A stretch of 64,000 nt of DNA from an uncultured Acidimicrobiales bacterium (GTDB lineage: Bacteria; Actinomycetota; Acidimicrobiia; Acidimicrobiales; SHLQ01), in contig CALLQB010000031.1 of assembly GCA_938015295.1 (NCBI GenBank), positions 1 through 64,000 of the forward strand. The letters run 5' to 3'. A program made the translations under genes and the position numbers. Below the pieces are notes generated by a model that made no database searches, was not told the origin of the DNA, and was given only the letters and a program-made list of their open reading frames with translations. Below, piece after piece: positions 45,301 to 54,403 of the stretch (the stretch's first letter is position 1; each line of letters begins with the position of its first letter).

Positions 45301-47319
45301 CTAGTTCACGCGACGCGAACCTCGGATGAATGCACCTCGAGCGGCTCCGGAGGAATCGAACCGCCAGTTTCCTTCGCCGTTGATCCCGGACTTGTCGACC
45401 TGGAACCAAAGCACGGCAGATACCTGTGGACGGTTGTCGAGGAACTTGAACATGTTGGTGATCCATGCCGCTTTGTCGCCGCCACCTTCGACACTTGAAG
45501 TCTCGGCGATGATGACCGGACGGGAGGTAAGTTGCGCGATCTCGTCCAGCGAAGGTTCGAAGATTTCGCGGAAGCTGCGCCATGGACCCATTCGTTCGAT
45601 GACGCCGCCGCCGTTATAGCCGTCGAGACCAATGAGGTCGACGTAGGCGTCGCCCGGGTACAGCTCGGTGTACGAAACACCGACCGGAGCGCCGACGTTG
45701 GGCGACCAAACCCATTGCACGTCAGTGGCACCAGCGTCTTGGAACACCTGCCAGGCATGGCGGTATGCGGCCACGACATGTGCGGGAGTATTGCCCCGTG
45801 CCCCGGTTGACCAGGGGTACCAATTGCCGTTCATCTCGTGCATGAAACGAAGAAGCACCGGTTGGTCGAGTTTGTCGAGTTCTTTGGCCCAGCGCTTGAG
45901 GTGGTTGTCGATCTCGCCAGTGATGATTGCGTACGCTGGGTTGTAGAAGTTCTCGATCGCCCACGGCTCGAGCGTAAGCATCACTACGTGTCCAGCCTGC
46001 TGGGCCTCGCGGATTTCTTTGAGTGGGACCCTTTGCTCGCCGTTGGTCGGGTCGATAAAGCCGTGCACGATGTCGGCTTTGCGGCCGACCGTGTTTTCGA
46101 AGAGGGCTGCTTCGTCGAGGGTCCAAGGAGTCGAAGCGCCGGTGACGCCGACCAGGAGTTTTCCGTCGAGCTTCGCCAGGCTTGGGCGTGTCGGCGAGGG
46201 AACAGCGCTTCCGACGGGGGTTACTACCGCTACCTTGCCGTTGAATTTTGACGGTGCCGAGAACACGAGTTCGATCGCCTTCGCCCGTCTGGTGGGAACC
46301 GAGATCTCGATGGTTTCACCCGCTGCGGTGAGTTTCCACGTCTGTACAACGACGCCGTCGACCTTTGCGGTGACCGTGACTGCTCCCGACACCGAACTGG
46401 CGAGTGGGTCAAGGTGAAGACCAGCCGCGAAGTGTCGGTAGTCGCGTTTGAGCGGATACGAAATGGTGCTTGTAGTCGTGGTTGACCCGGCGATGAGACG
46501 ACAGGAGTTGGAGGCGCCGATAACTCGGCCTCCCGAGGAAATCTTGCCGGACTCCCATTTGCCACCCGACGAGACGCAGCCTGAGGCTGAGCTTCGAAAG
46601 GCGAGCCAATACGGCTCACAGTTCACCGAGTTGGCCTCGTCCTGGCACCCGTCGACCCCAGCGCCGCCAAGAAGCGTGTCGGTGCCGTAGCCGCCATCGA
46701 GAAAGTCGTCGCCGCGGCCGCCAGCAAGGCGATCGTTGTCGACGTCGCCGTGCAGTTCGTCGAGACCTTCGCCGCCCATGAGGTTGTCGTTGCCAGCGCC
46801 GCCTCGGAGCGTGTCGTTGCCGCCGCTGCCGCCAAGAACATCGTTGCCGTCGCCGCCCTCGAGTCGGTCGCTCCCTACCCCGCCATCGAGATAGTCATCA
46901 CCCGGTCCGCCGACTACCCGGTCGTTGCCCGGGCCCGCGCAAATAATGTCGTTGCCTGCTCCCGCGGAGATTCGGTCGGCGCCCCCTCGGCCGACGATGA
47001 CGTCGTTGCCAGCGGTACCCACCAAGACATCGGGTCCGGCCGTACCGAGGATTGTGGCCTGTCGTCCCTGGCACGTGGTGATCGCCTGCGAGCGGTACGT
47101 GGCAAGAACAGACGAGACAGAGACCGTCTCGTCTGGTTGATCCTGAACTGGTTGATACTGGTCTGGTTGATACTGGTCTGGTTGATCCTGAACTGGTTGG
47201 TTATGTGCCAACGAGGGCTGTGCGGAAAGCTCTACTGCTCCACCGCCAGCTATGGGGAGAACGGCCGTTGCCAAGAGGGCGACAACCAGCACTAACACCA
47301 AATACAACGTACGTTTCAC
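45301..47319 (-). CDS. Secreted GH26 glycoside hydrolase with N-terminal QPDQY repeats and RTX-type Ca-binding nonapeptide repeats
   Basis: The signal peptide follows the GTG at 47319 (KRTLYLVLVLVVALLATAV). There are more than 10 GGxGxD-type repeats (GGAGNDNLMGGEGLDELHG...). The GH26 block LRFMHEMNGNWYPW lies in the C-terminal half. Confidence 0.8.
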   Translation of the reverse strand: MKRTLYLVLVLVVALLATAVLPIAGGGAVELSAQPSLAHNQPVQDQPDQYQPDQYQPVQDQPDETVSVSSVLATYRSQAITTCQGRQATILGTAGPDVLVGTAGNDVIVGRGGADRISAGAGNDIICAGPGNDRVVGGPGDDYLDGGVGSDRLEGGDGNDVLGGSGGNDTLRGGAGNDNLMGGEGLDELHGDVDNDRLAGGRGDDFLDGGYGTDTLLGGAGVDGCQDEANSVNCEPYWLAFRSSASGCVSSGGKWESGKISSGGRVIGASNSCRLIAGSTTTTSTISYPLKRDYRHFAAGLHLDPLASSVSGAVTVTAKVDGVVVQTWKLTAAGETIEISVPTRRAKAIELVFSAPSKFNGKVAVVTPVGSAVPSPTRPSLAKLDGKLLVGVTGASTPWTLDEAALFENTVGRKADIVHGFIDPTNGEQRVPLKEIREAQQAGHVVMLTLEPWAIENFYNPAYAIITGEIDNHLKRWAKELDKLDQPVLLRFMHEMNGNWYPWSTGARGNTPAHVVAAYRHAWQVFQDAGATDVQWVWSPNVGAPVGVSYTELYPGDAYVDLIGLDGYNGGGVIERMGPWRSFREIFEPSLDEIAQLTSRPVIIAETSSVEGGGDKAAWITNMFKFLDNRPQVSAVLWFQVDKSGINGEGNWRFDSSGAARGAFIRGSRRVN
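47132..47206. repeat. 15-bp in-frame tandem repeat (5 copies) encoding (Q/V)DQP(D/V)QY-type pentapeptides inside the RTX-GH26 gene
   Basis: The five units are gtctggttgatcctg / aactggttgatactg / gtctggttgatactg / gtctggttgatcctg / aactggttggttatg. Confidence 0.85.
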
Positions 47320-47457
47320 GGAGAAGAATCCCAGGACCTGTTGGCGAACGGCGAAATGAAATCCTATTAAACGTATTGAAAATACGCACAACGGGCGGAA
47401 ATCACTCTACGTGACAATGTAGGTCAAAATGCCCACAAATGGTAGTTCGGCCAATGC

Positions 47458-48219
47458 TTACCTGAGCAGAAGCCGATGAGCATGCAGTTCGTTGTACAAA
47501 TCCACTGCTTGCGCCGCCACCGATTGCAGGGCAATCGGGAGATCTCGCAATGTTGGCAACGGCCCCGGCGGCGGACCAAAACCCGTCGATTGTTTCACCG
47601 AGTCATACCAAACCGACGCCCAGATCCCGTCGGTTGAACGCCCGCCCGCCGGCCACGCCAACATGGCGTCGACAAACGGCACACCAAACGACTCGCACAT
47701 CGCTTCGAGGTACGCACGTGGTGCGCGGAGAAAGTCATCCGAATCAATAACCACCCGCGCCCGGTCGAGTAACGCAAGTTGCTGAGGCAACCCCGTCTCG
47801 TGAAGTGGTAGGAGCTCCCACTTTTGGGTATAGGACGCCATCACCCGAAACGGGTGTCGCAATAACAAACCATGAGTGAGCGCATCGAGCCATTCTCGCT
47901 GCCCATCCGGCGGCAAGTGAGCGCTCATATGTTTCTGGTACGAGATGCACGAGCGAGAAGAGTCGGCTGGACTCTCGACGCATCGCCTCGTCGCCTCGCG
48001 AAGATCTGCCGGACCGGATGCGATCACCTCGTCGCGAAGTGGATGGTCCATGCCAGTCTCGGCAAGGTGCCAGGCGTAGAGGGGTTCGTCGATGACCTCG
48101 CAGTCGGGTCTGTTCTCCCAACTCCGCATCATCGCAGTCGACAGATTGCGCGGACCCGACCACATAGCTAGGCGAACCGGAGCCCGGTCTGGCTGTGCAG
48201 AAGCATCGGTTGAAGGCAC
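47458..48219 (-). CDS. Sulfotransferase-like protein (tentative)
   Basis: 253 aa. The N-terminal MWSGPRNLSTAMMRSW resembles the PAPS-phosphate loop of a bacterial sulfotransferase-like family. The assignment is from memory only. Confidence 0.4.
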   Translation of the reverse strand: MPSTDASAQPDRAPVRLAMWSGPRNLSTAMMRSWENRPDCEVIDEPLYAWHLAETGMDHPLRDEVIASGPADLREATRRCVESPADSSRSCISYQKHMSAHLPPDGQREWLDALTHGLLLRHPFRVMASYTQKWELLPLHETGLPQQLALLDRARVVIDSDDFLRAPRAYLEAMCESFGVPFVDAMLAWPAGGRSTDGIWASVWYDSVKQSTGFGPPPGPLPTLRDLPIALQSVAAQAVDLYNELHAHRLLLR

Positions 48220-48304
48220 GCGTGCACGCTAGCGCTCCGCGTGGTTTGTTCGAGAGTTCCTACTGCTTGGCCAAGAAGCATTCGAACAGCGCGACGGTCG
48301 GTAT

Positions 48305-50188
48305 TTGTGCCCGAAGACAATTTTAGCCAATTGCGTGGCTACGGTAGTCAGCTTGAGTTCCGCCGTGGTGCCCCCAACCGAAAGTCCCGCTATCCACCGT
48401 TTCTTGTACCGGTGGCAGCTCGACGCCCTTGAGGCCTGGTTAGCGGTCGGTCGCCGTGGTGTGATCGAAGCGGTAACCGGTAGTGGCAAGACAAACCTGG
48501 CCATGGCGGCAGTCACCGACGCCCATCGTCGGGGGCTCTTTGTCTTGGTCGTTGTCCCCTCGAGAGTTCTTATCGAGCAGTGGCATGAGCGGCTCACCGA
48601 GACGCTCCCCAACTGCGTCATCGGCCGCCTTGGCGATAATCACACCGACAAGCCACCCGATTGCGACATCCTCATCACCACCAGGCATTCCGCCGCATCG
48701 CACCAGCCGAAGCCACCTCCGGGCGAAGGTGGGCTGTTGGTAGCCGATGAGTGTCACGGTTTCGGGGGAGGCGTCCTCCGCCGTTCGCTCATTAGCGAAT
48801 ACACCGAGCGACTCGGCCTCACCGCGACCCTCGAACGCTCCGACGACGCCGTCGACAAGATCCTTCTGCCATTCTTCGGAGGCGTTTGTTTCCGGTACCG
48901 GTTCGCCGCGGCGATCAACGACGGCGTGTGCGCCCAGCCACGTGTCGCGTTTGTCTCGGTGCCGTTATCGAAAGAAGAGCGTCAGGACTACGTCACCACC
49001 GAAGCGAAACTGGTCGATGCCCGACGGACGCTCCGATCGATTCCGGGTATGCCCATCGATCACTTCGGTGAGTTTCTCGCAGCGACGAACCACCTCGCGG
49101 CCAACGACGCAGGGCCGCACGGTCGGGCGGCAAACGAGTACCTGAAAGCTTTCGCGAAACGTCGTGAAATCGTCGCCACAAGTACTGCTAAATACGAAGC
49201 TCTCGGCAACTTCGCCAACAGCATCAGTGCTGCCGCCGGCGCGCTGATCTTCACCGAAACAGTGCGGGCCGCGAACCATGCGGTCAACCGCCTCGACCCC
49301 TTCGTTTCCATCGAGGTCATCACCGGATCCACGCCGAAGGGCGAACGTGAGAAGATTCTTGGCAACCTGCGCAACGGCACACTTGATGCTGTCGCCGCAC
49401 CGCGGGTGCTCGACGAAGGCGTCGACGTGCCTGATGCAAACCTTGGCATCGTAGTCAGCGCCAGCCGAACTCGCCGTCAGATGATTCAGCGTATGGGCCG
49501 GATCCTCCGCCGAAAGGCCGAGGGTAGCGGCGCCAAGTTTGTCATCATCTTCGCTCGCGATACCGCCGAGGACCCCACGGCCAGCGAGGACCGCGACGGC
49601 TTCCTCGACGAGATCGAAGAGATCTCTGAGTCGTCAGCGGTATTTCATCCGAACGACTTCAACAAGCTCGAAGGTTTCCTCGACTACAGCGGCCCTGAAG
49701 TCATCATCGAGCCCGATCGTGTTGGACCAATGCTGGTCGACGAGACCGCCAAAGCGCCGTCGCTCACCAAAGCAACCATCGCCAAACTCCGGAGTACCGA
49801 TCCGGCCATGTGGGCCGCCGCAGTCAATGGCGACGTCGACGAACTTTGGGACACGTTAGGAAAGCATGCGTTGTATGCACGCCTTTCGTATCTTCACTGG
49901 GAGTCTGTCACGCCGCTGCATGAAAAGGTCTGGTCTCGGTTCGCCGACGAACCACCGGTGGAAACCGACGAATTCGACTACCTCGAAGTCGACAAACTCG
50001 AAACGCCAAAGATCGAAAAGCCCAAGCCGAAGCCCAAACGCTTGTCCACCGGCGAACTGCCGGTCATGCTCGCGCAGGTGGGCAAAGAATGGGTTGTTAA
50101 ATGCAGCGGCTGCGGAACCGCCTCGGCGCCAACGCCCTACAAGTGGCAGGCGCTCGACCAAACGGTCGAGTGCGACTGCTGGGGCTAA
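48305..50188 (+). CDS. Superfamily-2 DEAD/DEAH helicase (ResIII/XPB-like core) with a unique C-terminal extension ending in a Cys cluster
   Basis: It has motif I TGSGKT, motif II ADECH, motif III LTAT and motif VI QRMGRILR. The C-terminal roughly 190 aa are unrecognised and end in CSGCG...CDCWG. The start is uncertain (TTG 48305, GTG 48335). Confidence 0.8.
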   Translation: MCPKTILANCVATVVSLSSAVVPPTESPAIHRFLYRWQLDALEAWLAVGRRGVIEAVTGSGKTNLAMAAVTDAHRRGLFVLVVVPSRVLIEQWHERLTETLPNCVIGRLGDNHTDKPPDCDILITTRHSAASHQPKPPPGEGGLLVADECHGFGGGVLRRSLISEYTERLGLTATLERSDDAVDKILLPFFGGVCFRYRFAAAINDGVCAQPRVAFVSVPLSKEERQDYVTTEAKLVDARRTLRSIPGMPIDHFGEFLAATNHLAANDAGPHGRAANEYLKAFAKRREIVATSTAKYEALGNFANSISAAAGALIFTETVRAANHAVNRLDPFVSIEVITGSTPKGEREKILGNLRNGTLDAVAAPRVLDEGVDVPDANLGIVVSASRTRRQMIQRMGRILRRKAEGSGAKFVIIFARDTAEDPTASEDRDGFLDEIEEISESSAVFHPNDFNKLEGFLDYSGPEVIIEPDRVGPMLVDETAKAPSLTKATIAKLRSTDPAMWAAAVNGDVDELWDTLGKHALYARLSYLHWESVTPLHEKVWSRFADEPPVETDEFDYLEVDKLETPKIEKPKPKPKRLSTGELPVMLAQVGKEWVVKCSGCGTASAPTPYKWQALDQTVECDCWG

Positions 50189-50210
50189 CACGCTCTGCCC
50201 AACGCTCGGT

Positions 50211-51590
50211 TTAGGCGTTGAGCAGCAGCCAGAGGCCGAGGCAGCTGTAGAGCACCATCACGAGCAACATCACGTACTGGCTTCGCAGCGCGTCGGTTTC
50301 GCCGCCACCTGCTGCAACAGCTAGCTGCATCGACGAGTCGTGCGCCACAAGCACCGCCCCGATATGGCCAAAAAGAATCGCCAACACTTGCACCCACGCG
50401 ATGAGATCGACACCGATAAGGGTGAAGTTGATGGTGCCATCCGCGGCGCCGAAAAGGTCCCAACCTTTGCCAGCTGGGTCCGATAGTCGGAACCAGAACG
50501 TCTGGGTTTCGTCGATCAACAGCTGTGCGTAGTGGGCGATCGCGTAGCCAAAAACTATCGGCACCAGCGACGGTGTGAACTTGTCGGTGATAAACGAAGC
50601 CTCATGACCAGTCACTTTGCATGTCCACCCGATACCGACGCCGAAAAGGGCGGTGACCAGCAGGATCGAAAGAATGAGACCCACCGTCAGTATCGCTGCG
50701 CCTCCCCATCCCGATGGGCGACCAAAAAGGTCGCGACCAGCCTCGCTCTCGACGAAGCCGTCAAAGGTCGTGCCGCCGAGAACGATAAGCAGCGTGGCAA
50801 GCGTGCCCGGAAGCACCGGCATGGTCGCCAACCCTGACATGGGAGCGCGCACACGCAACGCAGGACCCGGCGTTCCTGCGCCAGGCGAATAGCGGGCCGT
50901 TGGATCACGCTGTTCGGCGTACAAGGGCGCCATCGCAGCAACCATCGCGAACAGTGCAGAGAACGGCTCGTGCTCGGCGACCCACGCAGCCCCCCACTTC
51001 GCTGCAAGCACCACCGACACAACGAGGTGGGCAACGAGCATAAACGCCAAAACTCGCGGCGAGGTGCCCGAAGGGTGGGCTAACTCAAAGAACAAAAAGA
51101 CGAACAGCCCGGCCGCCGCTGGGAGATGCCCCAGACCCGCTGGCGGATCGGCCACCGACAGACCCGCACGAACCGCAAGTGCTTCTACGCCGCGAGCGAT
51201 GGTACCGACCGGATTGATTGCTTGCCAGAGGTCGCCGACGAGCCCGGCGAGAAGTTGAGCGCCGACCCACACGATGACGTACAAGGTGACCGGCAGAATG
51301 TTCTCTGCCTCGGAATCGGTACCGAACAGTCCCGCCCAGATCGCAATGCCCAGCAAGCCGAGAGCCGCTGCCCGACCGATTGCTAACACTAGTCGAATGG
51401 CGAACGAACCGCTGTCGAGCAGCTGCCGGCCAGAAGCTGCTCGAACAAGTCGAGGTTCCTTCCAGAGCACACCGAGGGCAACAAAGGAGAGCCCCAGCGC
51501 AAGAGCCGCCGCCCAGGTAAACATCCAGAGAGGCAACGGCAGATCGCCTCGGGACCCCACACCGTGGGCAAGCAGGTAGCTAGACATCAT
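50211..51590 (-). CDS. Polytopic membrane protein (about 12 TM), unknown function
   Basis: 459 aa, highly hydrophobic, with N-terminus HGVGSRGDLPLPLW. It lies 41 nt downstream of the His-rich lipoprotein gene. Confidence 0.55.
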   Translation of the reverse strand: MMSSYLLAHGVGSRGDLPLPLWMFTWAAALALGLSFVALGVLWKEPRLVRAASGRQLLDSGSFAIRLVLAIGRAAALGLLGIAIWAGLFGTDSEAENILPVTLYVIVWVGAQLLAGLVGDLWQAINPVGTIARGVEALAVRAGLSVADPPAGLGHLPAAAGLFVFLFFELAHPSGTSPRVLAFMLVAHLVVSVVLAAKWGAAWVAEHEPFSALFAMVAAMAPLYAEQRDPTARYSPGAGTPGPALRVRAPMSGLATMPVLPGTLATLLIVLGGTTFDGFVESEAGRDLFGRPSGWGGAAILTVGLILSILLVTALFGVGIGWTCKVTGHEASFITDKFTPSLVPIVFGYAIAHYAQLLIDETQTFWFRLSDPAGKGWDLFGAADGTINFTLIGVDLIAWVQVLAILFGHIGAVLVAHDSSMQLAVAAGGGETDALRSQYVMLLVMVLYSCLGLWLLLNA

Positions 51591-51631
51591 CGTGTCCGGC
51601 GATCATCACGAGGCACCAAGCTCGAAGAGGT

Positions 51632-52846
51632 TCATGAGGCACTGAGCTCGAAGAGGAGCAGGCCTGAATCTTCAAGCTCAATCTCGACGATTCCGGGGAT
51701 AGCGGCAACAAAGTCGATAGTCGACGCCTCGCCCTCCACCAGATCGGCGAAAATGTCGTAACCATGGACATGCACATGGTCGGCAGTATCGCTGGTCACC
51801 ACAAGCCGCACCATGTCGCCGACGCCGACCTCGACCCGGTCGGTCAGTGAACCCGCTGACATAACCATGACGGTGCCGTCGTTGTAGGTGGCTTCGACGA
51901 GCACGGGTGCAACCGTGTCGCTCGCTACCGACTCGTCGCCTGTTCCCGCAGCGGAATCGTTCGAGACAACAACCGTGGCTCGCACCGGCTCGCCATCGCG
52001 CACGTACGTAGCGTGGTTGTTAGCGCTCAGCTCGACCTCGACGGTGTGCTCGCCATCGCCCAACTCAGGAACGTGAAACCACGTGCCGTAGATACGCCCT
52101 TGTTTCACGCCGTCAATAAACAGATGTAGGTGCCCTTCATTAGCCACGTGCTCGCCGCCTACCTTTTCAGGGGCCAGGTCGAAGTGCGAAAGCGACACCG
52201 CAAAATTGTTGCCGTCGCCAGCCTTCGCAACCGGAACCCGGGTGAGCGCCACACTCGCCTCCCCGCCGTCAACGGTGTTGGCAGCGTCGACAGTGTCATG
52301 GTCATGCGCCGCCGCCTCGCCGACTACAACTACCTGTGATGCTGAGATTCGCTCGCCCCCGGTCGCATACGGAGCATGAGTATTTGCATTGAGTTCGACT
52401 TCGATCGTGTGTTCACCGGCGCTGAGATTGTCGACGTGAATCCACTCGTTGTAGAACCGCTGCACTTTTTCACCATCGACGATGAGGTGCATGTGTCCCT
52501 CGCCGTCAACATGTGCAGTGCTAACGCTTTCTGGAGCGATTGTGAGATTTGTTACCTCGACTCTCACGTTGACCCCTGATTTGGCGTCGGGCGAAGCCTC
52601 GATCGACACGGCCGGTGCGGCATCACTTGCCACGTCGATCATTTCGCTATGGGCCAAATCATGGTCGTGACCGCCCTCGGCCGCGTTCGTACTTTCTTCT
52701 TTTTCTTCTTCGGCGGCTGGGATCGACTCAGCTGCTCGGGTGGTGGTCGTAGCATCGCTTCCGCACGCGGCAACAGCCAGCGCGAGCGCGATCAAGCAAA
52801 CGACAGAACGCCCGAAATTGGGAGTGTTCATTGGTTGTCCTTGCAA
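51632..52846 (-). CDS. His-rich lipoprotein with two tandem DUF4399-like domains and a C-terminal cupredoxin-like domain (putative metal binding)
   Basis: It has a lipobox LALAVAAC. There is an internal ~95-aa duplication carrying EGHMHLIVDG / EGHLHLFIDG and GEHTIEVEL / GEHTVEVEL. It also has HDHD motifs and HVHVHGYD near the C-terminus. Confidence 0.65.
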   Translation of the reverse strand: MQGQPMNTPNFGRSVVCLIALALAVAACGSDATTTTRAAESIPAAEEEKEESTNAAEGGHDHDLAHSEMIDVASDAAPAVSIEASPDAKSGVNVRVEVTNLTIAPESVSTAHVDGEGHMHLIVDGEKVQRFYNEWIHVDNLSAGEHTIEVELNANTHAPYATGGERISASQVVVVGEAAAHDHDTVDAANTVDGGEASVALTRVPVAKAGDGNNFAVSLSHFDLAPEKVGGEHVANEGHLHLFIDGVKQGRIYGTWFHVPELGDGEHTVEVELSANNHATYVRDGEPVRATVVVSNDSAAGTGDESVASDTVAPVLVEATYNDGTVMVMSAGSLTDRVEVGVGDMVRLVVTSDTADHVHVHGYDIFADLVEGEASTIDFVAAIPGIVEIELEDSGLLLFELSAS

Positions 52847-52861
52847 GGTTGATGGATTCGG

Positions 52862-53431
52862 TCAGAAGTGAACGAATCGCATCGGGGGACCTCGCGGGGC
52901 GGCTGGCGAGACGAGCAAAACTGCCAGAATCGTTTGCTCCGTCGAGCTCGTGAACAGACGACTTCGGAGAACGGGACGAACGACCAGCTGTAAGACCAGG
53001 TCAACAACAAACTCTCCAACGCTTCGCAGTGTGCGGAACATTGCCGAGACAACCAACGGAGCAATGCACACGCCAAGAATCAGCGCTGGGTTTTGGAGGC
53101 CCTCGACGACCGACGTTCCCTTGATGGCGCCCTCGGTCAACTCCTGCGCAACAAAGAGCGCTGCAGCGGTGGCCGAGATCGGCAACGTTCGCACCGGAGC
53201 AGCGACCCCAAGATTTCTAACCTGACGAAGAATGAATACTGTGGCGGCAAGCACCGCCAGGGGTGTTGCGAGCGCCCACTGGACAGAAACATGACCATGT
53301 TCGCCGAGAGCGTCGGCCCGATCAACGAAGGATGGATACACAACCAGGTACGCAAGCTGGTGCACAACAAGCGCAGCCAACGCTGCGAATGTCAGTCCTG
53401 CCGCAAGGCTCTTCAGCCGATGTACCTGCAC
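52862..53431 (-). CDS. Membrane protein, unknown function
   Basis: 189 aa with 4-5 hydrophobic segments. It lies 15 nt upstream of the lipoprotein gene on the same strand. Confidence 0.5.
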   Translation of the reverse strand: MQVHRLKSLAAGLTFAALAALVVHQLAYLVVYPSFVDRADALGEHGHVSVQWALATPLAVLAATVFILRQVRNLGVAAPVRTLPISATAAALFVAQELTEGAIKGTSVVEGLQNPALILGVCIAPLVVSAMFRTLRSVGEFVVDLVLQLVVRPVLRSRLFTSSTEQTILAVLLVSPAAPRGPPMRFVHF

Positions 53432-53491
53432 ATCACAAGTGTATGCCCTTGCCGGGGTGTCGATCGATCAGTCTGGTGTCACACTGGACAC

Positions 53492-54403
53492 GTGGTTGTA
53501 CGAGTCCCGCACACACGTCGCAACATTTGTGCCCCAGCGCTTCTTTTGGCTCTAGCGATAGCTGTCGGCGCTTGCTCATCGGAGAAACCCGAGCTGGCCG
53601 ACCAACCTGCAGCACTAGCCAACGACGTCATCAACACCACCAGTGCGTCCACGGCAGCACCACCGCCGACTTCGTCGACCGCTCCTCCGCCAACCAGCGC
53701 TCCGGACGAACCCATAGTCACCACCACAAGCGTCGAGGTTGCCGCCGAAGACGAACTCGTGCGACGCCCCGAGACCAACCCCGGCACCAACGAAGGAAAT
53801 CATTGGCTCGGCCGCAATCAGATGAGCGACGACCTTGTCGAGCTTGTGTGGTCGCCAGTCGAAGGCTCCGCAGTGACCTACCGCATCTATCGCACCAAGA
53901 TCACCGCTGCGCTCGATCGTGAGGCGCTTGAACTGACCCCAGAACTGCTGATCTTTGAAGGATCCGAACCCGACGTCTCGATCTTCGTCGACACCCAAGT
54001 CGAGTCCGGCACCTTCTACACCTACATCTTGTCTGTCGAGGCCGACGGCGTGTTGCTCGACCGACGCTGGGCAAACGCGTTGACGGTCACCGACACCGAC
54101 CCACCTACGCCGATCACCGATCTGAGCGGTGAGCTCATCAATGGTGAGGTTGTGTTGCGTTGGGAGCCATCGTCAGACAATGTCGAATTCGCCGCGTACG
54201 CAGTGTCCACGGTCGACGCTGAAGGCAAGCTCACCTACCTCGGTGGCGGAGCAGACCAGGCGCTGAGCTCGTTCCTCGACACCCGACCCGACGCCGCGGC
54301 CGCAGGCTCTGGCGAGCCCGGCACTATCACCTACGCCGTCCAAGCGGTCGACTTCCACGACAACCGCACCGAACCAGCGCTCATCACCATCGTCTTGAAA
54401 TAG
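53492..54403 (+). CDS. Lipoprotein with fibronectin type III-like repeats
   Basis: The ORF 53093..54403 is trimmed to the GTG at 53492. It has a lipobox LAIAVGAC and a Pro/Thr/Ser linker. The patterns LVWSPVEGSAVTYRIYR and VLRWEPSSDNVEFAAYAV are FN3-like. Confidence 0.6.
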   Translation: MVVRVPHTRRNICAPALLLALAIAVGACSSEKPELADQPAALANDVINTTSASTAAPPPTSSTAPPPTSAPDEPIVTTTSVEVAAEDELVRRPETNPGTNEGNHWLGRNQMSDDLVELVWSPVEGSAVTYRIYRTKITAALDREALELTPELLIFEGSEPDVSIFVDTQVESGTFYTYILSVEADGVLLDRRWANALTVTDTDPPTPITDLSGELINGEVVLRWEPSSDNVEFAAYAVSTVDAEGKLTYLGGGADQALSSFLDTRPDAAAAGSGEPGTITYAVQAVDFHDNRTEPALITIVLK

